Of a stretch of DNA of 25,603 bases, positions 1-7,734 are shown piece after piece (position 1 is the first letter of the stretch; every line of letters begins with the position of its first letter). The position numbers and the translations under genes were made by a program. This DNA is from a virus (Duplodnaviria > Caudoviricetes). Location: IMG/VR virus record IMGVR_UViG_3300020403_000078, positions 1-25,603 of that record. The stretch is one strand, 5' to 3'. A model generated the notes under the pieces. It searched no databases. It was not told the DNA's origin and worked only from the letters and a program-made list of their open reading frames with translations.

Positions 1-22
1 TGACTCTAATGATACTTGCCAT
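1..22 (-). CDS. 5' end of a gene running off the window (MASIIRV...), probable tail fibre/virion structural protein
   Basis: Minus strand reads TAATG GCA AGT ATC ATT AGA GTC; the ATG (20-22) overlaps the TAA of the upstream ORF by 1 nt. MASIIRV resembles the MA..I..KR N-termini of cyanomyophage fibre proteins. Only 7 codons are visible. Confidence 0.6.
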
Positions 23-252
23 TAGAACGAGCCTCCGTTAATGTCTAAATTCTGTTGATTTCCTGGTGTTAAATCTAAGGTAGCTTCCCACTTTCCTAGT
101 GTTGTGTTATACACCAGAACCATACCATTACTTACACCACCTGCCACACTAACATCGCTTAAACCAGAAAGAGTACCGGATGATTCTCCAGCAATTGACG
201 AAACAACTTTAACCGAATTTTGTTGGCCAACTCTTACTTTTATATCTGGCAT
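22..252 (-). CDS. Small fibre-associated structural protein (76 aa)
   Basis: Contains a phage-fibre-type repeat LSGLSDV...NGMVLVYN...KW and a C-terminal INGGSF (IxGGxF) motif. Lies directly downstream of TATAAATA (288-295) and is coupled to the next gene by TAATG. Confidence 0.75.
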   Translation of the reverse strand: MPDIKVRVGQQNSVKVVSSIAGESSGTLSGLSDVSVAGGVSNGMVLVYNTTLGKWEATLDLTPGNQQNLDINGGSF

Positions 253-287
253 TAGTTTATTACCAATATGAAATCAGATCTTAACTA

Positions 288-295
288 TATTTATA
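288..295 (-). promoter_or_regulatory. T4-type (gp55) late promoter TATAAATA
   Basis: Perfect consensus on the minus strand, overlapping the TAA stop of the 60-aa ORF, about 36 nt upstream of the ATG at 252. Confidence 0.85.
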
Positions 296-473
296 CTCCT
301 TCAAATCCAAGCTTAGATACAACCTCCTGTTGCTTTAAAAATAACTTGAGTGAAGACTTGAGCATTTCTCTTAATTGCTCAATATCATTGCATTCATCAA
401 TCTGTCTCGCTTGTTTTTCAAACTCGAACATTTTGGCCATCGAGTCCAAATATATTTCGTTATGATCGGGCAT
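291..473 (-). CDS. Small helical protein (60 aa), candidate NblA-like phycobilisome degradation adaptor
   Basis: The ORF fits the operon (14-nt overlap with the upstream gene; stop overlaps the next promoter), so the CDS is likely real. The two-helix pattern IYLDSMAKMFEFEKQARQIDECNDIEQLREML aligns by eye to NblA, but the canonical LSLEQ motif is not intact, so the function is tentative. Confidence 0.55.
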   Translation of the reverse strand: MPDHNEIYLDSMAKMFEFEKQARQIDECNDIEQLREMLKSSLKLFLKQQEVVSKLGFEGV

Positions 474-660
474 TGATTAACTCCATAAGTAGGGTTTTGA
501 TCTCGTGAACATCTTTTTTGAGTTCCTTAATCTCATCTTTTTGACGTTGACGTTCACTCTTCATTCTAATATATTGAGTATATTCATATGTATCACAATT
601 AACAACCGCACCAGAATCCTCATCCCGAAAAAGGTTATTATGTCCTTCAATTGGTATCAT
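460..660 (-). CDS. Conserved small phage protein (66 aa) with C-terminal coiled coil
   Basis: ATGA overlap (657-660) with the stop of the DUF4815-like gene. N-terminal IEGHNNLFRDEDSGAVVN followed by heptads EIKELKKDVHEIKTLLMELI; resembles the small ORF typically following VrlC-like genes in cyanomyophages. Confidence 0.8.
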   Translation of the reverse strand: MIPIEGHNNLFRDEDSGAVVNCDTYEYTQYIRMKSERQRQKDEIKELKKDVHEIKTLLMELINARS

Positions 661-3600
661 GCCAGTGCAATTGCCCTTAGATCACGGAATTCTGGTGTAT
701 ATGCCTCATTTGTTCCACTCATAACAATCTTAATAGAGAATCCTGTAAACTCTTCCAAATTATCTACAGTAAATTGATATTCTAAAAACTCTCCATCTTC
801 ACTTGCTTTTACAAATACATCGGATGTTCCATCATTTTTAGATATATCAGAAACAATATTACCGTTTGCATTCTTGGTTGGATTATAACCAGGGAATAGT
901 TCGTATGATTGCTCAACTTCACTGGAATCTGGTCTTGTCAACTTATACAGAACTCTAAAGTCACTTGTAGAGTGACGATATGCCGTTAAGAGAACTTTTA
1001 GTGAAGTTGCTGGTTGTGCAAGATTTACTTGCTTAGAAACGTATGCTGAACTATGTAGATCTCCAGAAAGTTGATTTGTGGTAGGATCTGCAGCATAATT
1101 AGAAACTGGATTGTTTAATCTATTTCTAATCAGAACAAAAGATGCTGCCTCAGATAGATCAATAACTGGAGAAAGGTTAGTATCATTCGTGCTCATTCTT
1201 ATACCAAGAGTTAGTGATTTATTTCTTGGTAATGAAGTTAGTTTATCAGTTTCATTTACACGAGAACAAACCATTCTTGGAGTTCCAAGTTCGTTTGGTT
1301 CATTAAGTGATACATCCTCAAATCCTTGATCAATAAATGATGATTCTGATCCACCAGCACTTGTTCCAGAAACAGTTCTTAAGTTAGAAGATATTGAGGT
1401 TCCATCAGGAACTACAGAATTTACGTATGGAATAACAGTATCAAACTGAACGTTCTGAGATGCTCTAATGTTATCTCCACCAGCAGTCAAATCGCTCGTA
1501 AAGTTTAGAAGATCATCTCCACTATTCTTAGCCGTAGGTCTAGTAACTTGTAGATGATATGTATCCATATCTCTCCTAGAAGAGAGATTTGATGCTGTTG
1601 GCATATCATGTGATCTATTAATTCTAGTTAGTGAAACTCCATTGAGTTCATATTTACGTACAACGTCTCCAACAGAGTGAACCATTGATGTTGTATCACT
1701 AACTCCTCTATTTCCAATAGTTAGAGTTCCTGCACCAACTCCTGTATAAGAAATAACCTCTTCATTAACAATGATGTGCCCTGGATTAGAAGCAGATACA
1801 GGAGTTCTTTCTGAGTTAACAAATAGTGATGTATTTGCAACTGAAACTGTAGTATCTGTAGAAACAAGTGCAGCACTGAGAGTTGTTACTGTGGTATTTG
1901 GTTCTATACCACTAATGGTAACTTTGTTGTTATCAGCGTGCATTCCGTGATTGTAGTGGGAAACCTCAAAGACATTTCCTTCATAGATTGCATCTGGAAT
2001 TGTTACTGAACCCCTAACAACTGTTCCCGCAAGACCAGTAACGCTACCATCACCTTCCTCAATCGATAGTGCATTTCCTTCTGTGAAGGTCTGACCCTGT
2101 ACTTCAGTTAGATAAAGAGTATCTGTATTGGATACGGTGGCGACAGTAAGTCTTGCACCTCTACCCTTTCCACCAACATCAGCAGTAGTAATTCCTAAAA
2201 CATCACCAACAGCATATCCATTTCCAGTAGCACCAATAGCAACTGCATTTAAAATTCCAGCACCAAATCCAACAGTGGTTGCTGTTGCACCAGATCCATT
2301 TCCAGTAATTGTATAGAGACTTACATTATTAAATGATCCGTTAGAATAACCAATTCCAGCGTTAGTGATATTGTAATCTGTTCCAAGATTACCACCACCA
2401 ATGTTTCCACCAACTTTCTCAATTACACCGTTTGTATTGCCATCATAAACTTTAGATCCAGGAGCAAAGAGATCATTATATGTGGTGTTAATACCAACAT
2501 TTAGTTTCCTTGGGAAAGATCTAATTGCATTAGACTGTAGATTATATACATTTGCATCTGGTTCATTAAAATCAGTAGATCCGATAGAAATAATCGGATT
2601 ATTGATATATACGGTTCCAGTTGTTGATGAGAATTCTGCTTTATAGAAGCAGAATTTTAAATCTTCAAACAAACTTGGTGTTGATATTGCACCATTTTGT
2701 GGTTTAAAGAGATTGCCACCAGTATACTGATTTGAGTAAATAACTTGATCAGCGTTTGGATAATTTTGAGTCTTAATAGTCGCTTTTGTAGACTCTGCAG
2801 TGTAAACAGAATAATCAGATGATGATGGTGAAATTAAGCAAAGAGAATATTGCTTTTCAGGTTGCAAGTACACTGGAGATTTAAACATCAAAGTAGTTTC
2901 AGTATCTCCATTTGTAGAAGTCGTAACCATTGCTGGAGTAACTTCTATTCTTGCATAATCTTGAACAAGTTTGTTCGTTGGGGTTCCGCCGATATCAGTT
3001 TCTCTGATTTCGACAAACATCTTTTCTTTGGTATCTTTACCAGAGAAGAATAATCCAACACCAGTCAAGAATCCACCAGTACTATCACTTCTAAAAGTTT
3101 GAGAAAGTGGATCTTCTTTAACTGCGCTCAACGGTAATGATGCTGGTGGTCTTCTAACAGAAACACTTTCAGAATAAACAGTTTGATCAAATACTCCATT
3201 AGAGAAGAATGTATTTTCTGTGAATGAAAGGTTTGCAACAACGGAATTGGTTGAGCTAGAAGTTAATTTAAATGCTTTAGATCCAACTTTAAATGTAGCA
3301 GGTGGTGTTGGTGTCGATAGTGGATTTCTTATAAAGAAACATCCAATTAAATCACCAACAGAGTCTGTATTCAGATTTTGTGCGATAACTTGTGCTTGAG
3401 CAGAACTAGTTTTACCAACTAATGTCATTCCTGCTGGTGCATATCCATAAAATCTACCATCAGAGGCATCTGCTAATGAGAATGTATCAATATTAACTAC
3501 TGTTGATGATGATGAATATGTTGTTAATGTAAGATTTGGTGAATATGGATTCTCATCATATGTTTGAGATGGGTTACTGTAGTTACCAGTCTTATGATTT

Positions 3601-6600
3601 GCTGCAGCAAGTCTAAATGATGCAACTTGCTTACCATCAACCAATCCAATTACTGTTTCACCTTTTTGGAAAACACCAGTGGTCATTGAAACTTGCAATA
3701 GTTTGGGTACTACATCAATATTTGCACTGCCGCCGAAGAATGAGTAGTAAGTTGTTGATGGTTTTAATCCACTTGCCTCAAATTGAACATTTCTGGATCT
3801 TAAGTGGTTATCTTTTTTGGAACTATTAATAAGATTTGCTAATAGTGATTCTTGCCACTCTCCCTGAGATCTAACAATTACTTCTCCAGAAGTATTGATA
3901 GTCTTTGCCCAAGTATCAGATGCTGGTGTCAACTTGACAAAACCATTATAGTTTTGTACACCGAAAGGATTGAGTTTTTGTGATTTAGTTGCAAACTTTT
4001 GAGAAATATTATTCCACTCAACTTGTGCATAGTTTAGAGTTACTAAATCACCTGTTTTCTTGATGTTACCATCAACCAATTGTAAATCTGTAGAGAAGTC
4101 TGCTGTGGTGATATCAGTATTCAATTCAGGAGAAACTTGTCCTTTAAGAGTTTGGATAGCAACATCAGACTTCATCGTAGTAGATGAAGTATTTACTGAT
4201 ACATTAGCATCTAAATCTTGTAGTTTGATAAATTTAGTTCCTCTAAAATCATCCACAAAGAAACCACTCTTAAACTTATCAATTCCATCGGCATCCTTAA
4301 TCTGTAGTGCCTTTGTATTTAATTCTAATAGATTAAGCGAAGTTAGTTCTTCTACTGTTTCAATTCTATCTTCTAACTTACGAATATCTCTCATAGTATA
4401 ACGCTTGTTATCAAAGAGAGATACTTTGATGTTATCTACATCAAATAGATATGCGGGATACTCAATCGTAGCAAGATCCATTGCATCATCTATTCCACCT
4501 GGTGCTTTTGGTGAAACTGATGATGTTCCTTTAGTAAGAACTAAATTGCCATTTTTGTTAAGTGATAGTCTATCAATTCTTGGTAGGTAGAACGAATAGT
4601 CTACAGTTGATGACTCATTTGCCGAGAGAACTAAAGAGGGGTTATTTCCTGCAGCACCAAAGTTTCTAGATGCAAAGGCAAAAGGAGAGTTTGTTGGAGT
4701 TCCTGCAGAGGCATCAAAATCAGTAACTCTAGGTCTTACATCAATAACATCAGATGCTCTTATACCACTTTCGAGAGTGCTGATACCATCTTTATATCTT
4801 TCTTGTGAGTAACTATTAACAGTGTATACATGTCCAGAATCATTACTAGGAACAACATACTTATTATAGATTACAAGCAATCTATTAGTTGGAACATTTG
4901 TAGATTTTCTAATAATTCTAGAGTAATCATAGAATTGTTCTCTTTGACCATTATCTAATTCATATTGATTGGTTCTATCAACATAAGAACCTCTAGTAAC
5001 TAAAGTTGGTGATCCAGATATTCCAGATTCCTCAAACTTAATAGTTTCACCAATAGTAAACTTACTAGAATTTAAATAAACAAACTCAATGACAGTTGAT
5101 GATACTCTAGTAACAATTTGTGCAACAGCACCACTTTGTTGCCCAACAATTCTTTCACCTAAAATTGATTCGGTGTTAAGATTTAGACCAGATGAGAAAG
5201 TCAAACTATCAAGAGAAACCTGACCACTATCTACAGACTCATAAACTGCAATAACATCATTAACATCTGGAGTGTTGAGTGAAATTACTTCATCTTCGAC
5301 TCTCAATCCAAATCTAGCAGAAAATCCCAATCCTGATGTTAATGTTGTTGCAGCACCAACAGTTCTAAAGACATCGGTCTTCTCACTTCTCGTATATACT
5401 TTCTGCTTAGTTCTAATTCTAGTCTTCTTGAGAGTTACGTTAACAGTAACGTTTGCACCTGCTTGTAAACCAGAAAGATTGATTGAGGTTCCAGTTCCAT
5501 CTAAAACAAATTTTTCGGAAGTAAATGGATCAATTTCACCATCAGCTTCATATACAACACTATATCTCTCTGCATCAAACGGTTCGAATGTTGCATCAGA
5601 AATTCCAGTATCTGCCAAAGTAATAGTGAGAGTTCCTGTTGCTGATGTTGTTTTACCAGTAACCTGACGAATTACAGTAAGATCGGAACCTGCAAGAGAA
5701 ACATCAGAAATATTTTTAGAATTTAATGGTGCATATAATTGTGCCTTATCACTATTTGTGATTTTTGGTACACCGACATTAAATGTAAATGAACCATTTC
5801 CAATGCCACCATGGTTAACGCTACTAACGGTAGTTATATTCTGTAGAGTTATTGAAAGACCATCTGCAGATATACTCTCAATTCTGTTAAAATGAGGATG
5901 CTGTTTTCCAGCAACTTGATATGCAATGATTGTATCTGTTTTAATACCAGCAAAAGTTCTACCGGCACAAGTTGCAACACCAGATACCGCCTCAATAGAA
6001 AGTGTATCTGTTGCTTTAAATCCTGCGGGAGTTTCTAAATTTAGTTTAGCATCTGCAACAAAGGACGTGGTCAATCCTGGAATAGAATCAAATGGTTGGA
6101 AAACTGCTCTAACATCACTTGCACCATACACTTTAATGGTTTGGATAGACCTGGTTAAAGATGGATCTGCATTTAATGAAACTTCTTCATCTTGTATGAA
6201 AGATCCAGAAGTTTGATTGAGTTTAAACTGAGTTCCCGCATGTTCTACAACATATCCAGTTGCTCCACTACTCAATCCTTTTACATAGGAACCTACAGGA
6301 ACTTCTGCAAGAGTTGCTCCATTGTTAAGAGTTAGGACAGTGTAAGTTTGTACATCAAACAAATATAGATCAAATTCTGTAGATTCATTTTGATATGATG
6401 CATCACTCACACCAAAAGAATATACTCTTGCTTGACCAATTGTTGCACCAGCACCAACTGGTCTTCTTCTAGCGTGAAGATCTATCGTGAAATTATTATC
6501 AAGACCAATAAATGGAGTTCCTTCGACATTATTGACAACTAACTTGTTGCCCATCTCAAAAGGAACTGATGTATTTTTAACTTCTAAAACATCTCTTGGT

Positions 6601-7730
6601 TTTTCTACATCAATAATAGTTGTAGAGGTTTTTTCAATATCAAAACCTCTTACATATGCTTTACCAGGAGAAACCTTGAGTGCTAGTAAATTTTCGGAAG
6701 GAGTATTACCTTGCTCAGTTCTTTGTGTGGAGAAGAATACACCGTCACTATTCAGTCTATCATTTAATGAATCATCGATTTCAATTCTAAATGGATCTAC
6801 TGCGTAATCACCAGATTCTTCATAGGTTCTCTTTGCAATATATTCTTTTATCTGTGAATAATCACTACTATCCTGTATCTTTTTAACTATACCATTAGAT
6901 ACACGTAAAATTTCTACAAAGTTTTTATCATCAACGTCAGAAAGTCTCTTTTTAGAAAGTTTTGCTGTGATTTTTAATCTATCAGCACCAGGTGCCGCAT
7001 AGTTTGAGAATCCTCTAGCATTATCATAAAGTGAATTATCTTCTTGTGCATCAATAAGAGATTCAGTTATTGATAGACCAACTCTATAAGATGGTTTATC
7101 TGAATACTGATCCAATACAATTGTTCCAGCATCTACTAATACAAAATGCCCTCTTATAAAGTAAATACCTTGCTCAATTGAGACAGCAGATGCTACAGCA
7201 GTTGCATCCGCAGCAATGATAGTTGCAAATGTATCACCAGTACTGATAGTGGTGTTACCATAAACAAGATTTTCTTCTAATATTAAAGTCTCACCATCTC
7301 TAAATTCGGTAATTGCAAAATCCGAATCTGCTGTTGTATACTTTACATATAAAGTGTAGTCATCTGTTTCCGATTCAGTGTTTGTAATAACACTCTGAAC
7401 AACAGCATTTAACTGTGATGTCTGCCCCTTTATTTTCTTACCAACTAATTCATTTAAATATAAACCGACACTCAATCCAACGTGTGTTGGATTAATCTTT
7501 ACCGCATGATATGGTGTATTATAACTTACGTTACCTGGAATTACAACTGATCCATCCTTAAAGATGCTACTACCAAAGGATTTAATCTGATTTTGTAGAA
7601 TCGATTGTAGAGTTGTTAGTTCTCTAGACTGAACAGGAAATCCTGGTCTGAATAAAACCCTAAAATAATTATTAGACGCATCAAAATCGTCATAATATGG
7701 TGTGACATTAAGATTAGTTTTTTGTGTCAT
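657..7730 (-). CDS. Large virion structural protein, VrlC-like / DUF4815 family (2,357 aa)
   Basis: N-terminus NLNVTPYYDDFD...YFRVLFRPGFPVQSRELTTLQSILQNQI, plus NYAAPGADRLKI, AKRTYEESGDY, VSPGKAYVRGF, YTMRDIRKLEDRI...FKSGFFVDDF, DPLSQTF and C-terminal FRDLRAIALA. Position directly after gp8 matches cyanomyophage synteny. Confidence 0.85.
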   Translation of the reverse strand: MTQKTNLNVTPYYDDFDASNNYFRVLFRPGFPVQSRELTTLQSILQNQIKSFGSSIFKDGSVVIPGNVSYNTPYHAVKINPTHVGLSVGLYLNELVGKKIKGQTSQLNAVVQSVITNTESETDDYTLYVKYTTADSDFAITEFRDGETLILEENLVYGNTTISTGDTFATIIAADATAVASAVSIEQGIYFIRGHFVLVDAGTIVLDQYSDKPSYRVGLSITESLIDAQEDNSLYDNARGFSNYAAPGADRLKITAKLSKKRLSDVDDKNFVEILRVSNGIVKKIQDSSDYSQIKEYIAKRTYEESGDYAVDPFRIEIDDSLNDRLNSDGVFFSTQRTEQGNTPSENLLALKVSPGKAYVRGFDIEKTSTTIIDVEKPRDVLEVKNTSVPFEMGNKLVVNNVEGTPFIGLDNNFTIDLHARRRPVGAGATIGQARVYSFGVSDASYQNESTEFDLYLFDVQTYTVLTLNNGATLAEVPVGSYVKGLSSGATGYVVEHAGTQFKLNQTSGSFIQDEEVSLNADPSLTRSIQTIKVYGASDVRAVFQPFDSIPGLTTSFVADAKLNLETPAGFKATDTLSIEAVSGVATCAGRTFAGIKTDTIIAYQVAGKQHPHFNRIESISADGLSITLQNITTVSSVNHGGIGNGSFTFNVGVPKITNSDKAQLYAPLNSKNISDVSLAGSDLTVIRQVTGKTTSATGTLTITLADTGISDATFEPFDAERYSVVYEADGEIDPFTSEKFVLDGTGTSINLSGLQAGANVTVNVTLKKTRIRTKQKVYTRSEKTDVFRTVGAATTLTSGLGFSARFGLRVEDEVISLNTPDVNDVIAVYESVDSGQVSLDSLTFSSGLNLNTESILGERIVGQQSGAVAQIVTRVSSTVIEFVYLNSSKFTIGETIKFEESGISGSPTLVTRGSYVDRTNQYELDNGQREQFYDYSRIIRKSTNVPTNRLLVIYNKYVVPSNDSGHVYTVNSYSQERYKDGISTLESGIRASDVIDVRPRVTDFDASAGTPTNSPFAFASRNFGAAGNNPSLVLSANESSTVDYSFYLPRIDRLSLNKNGNLVLTKGTSSVSPKAPGGIDDAMDLATIEYPAYLFDVDNIKVSLFDNKRYTMRDIRKLEDRIETVEELTSLNLLELNTKALQIKDADGIDKFKSGFFVDDFRGTKFIKLQDLDANVSVNTSSTTMKSDVAIQTLKGQVSPELNTDITTADFSTDLQLVDGNIKKTGDLVTLNYAQVEWNNISQKFATKSQKLNPFGVQNYNGFVKLTPASDTWAKTINTSGEVIVRSQGEWQESLLANLINSSKKDNHLRSRNVQFEASGLKPSTTYYSFFGGSANIDVVPKLLQVSMTTGVFQKGETVIGLVDGKQVASFRLAAANHKTGNYSNPSQTYDENPYSPNLTLTTYSSSSTVVNIDTFSLADASDGRFYGYAPAGMTLVGKTSSAQAQVIAQNLNTDSVGDLIGCFFIRNPLSTPTPPATFKVGSKAFKLTSSSTNSVVANLSFTENTFFSNGVFDQTVYSESVSVRRPPASLPLSAVKEDPLSQTFRSDSTGGFLTGVGLFFSGKDTKEKMFVEIRETDIGGTPTNKLVQDYARIEVTPAMVTTSTNGDTETTLMFKSPVYLQPEKQYSLCLISPSSSDYSVYTAESTKATIKTQNYPNADQVIYSNQYTGGNLFKPQNGAISTPSLFEDLKFCFYKAEFSSTTGTVYINNPIISIGSTDFNEPDANVYNLQSNAIRSFPRKLNVGINTTYNDLFAPGSKVYDGNTNGVIEKVGGNIGGGNLGTDYNITNAGIGYSNGSFNNVSLYTITGNGSGATATTVGFGAGILNAVAIGATGNGYAVGDVLGITTADVGGKGRGARLTVATVSNTDTLYLTEVQGQTFTEGNALSIEEGDGSVTGLAGTVVRGSVTIPDAIYEGNVFEVSHYNHGMHADNNKVTISGIEPNTTVTTLSAALVSTDTTVSVANTSLFVNSERTPVSASNPGHIIVNEEVISYTGVGAGTLTIGNRGVSDTTSMVHSVGDVVRKYELNGVSLTRINRSHDMPTASNLSSRRDMDTYHLQVTRPTAKNSGDDLLNFTSDLTAGGDNIRASQNVQFDTVIPYVNSVVPDGTSISSNLRTVSGTSAGGSESSFIDQGFEDVSLNEPNELGTPRMVCSRVNETDKLTSLPRNKSLTLGIRMSTNDTNLSPVIDLSEAASFVLIRNRLNNPVSNYAADPTTNQLSGDLHSSAYVSKQVNLAQPATSLKVLLTAYRHSTSDFRVLYKLTRPDSSEVEQSYELFPGYNPTKNANGNIVSDISKNDGTSDVFVKASEDGEFLEYQFTVDNLEEFTGFSIKIVMSGTNEAYTPEFRDLRAIALA

Positions 7731-7734
7731 CTTT

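Noticed and set aside
253-290. Possible terminator or hairpin in intergenic gaps (includes an AGATCT palindrome)
   Set aside because: No GC-rich stem with a U-tract here or in the other short gaps; a 6-bp palindrome is expected by chance.
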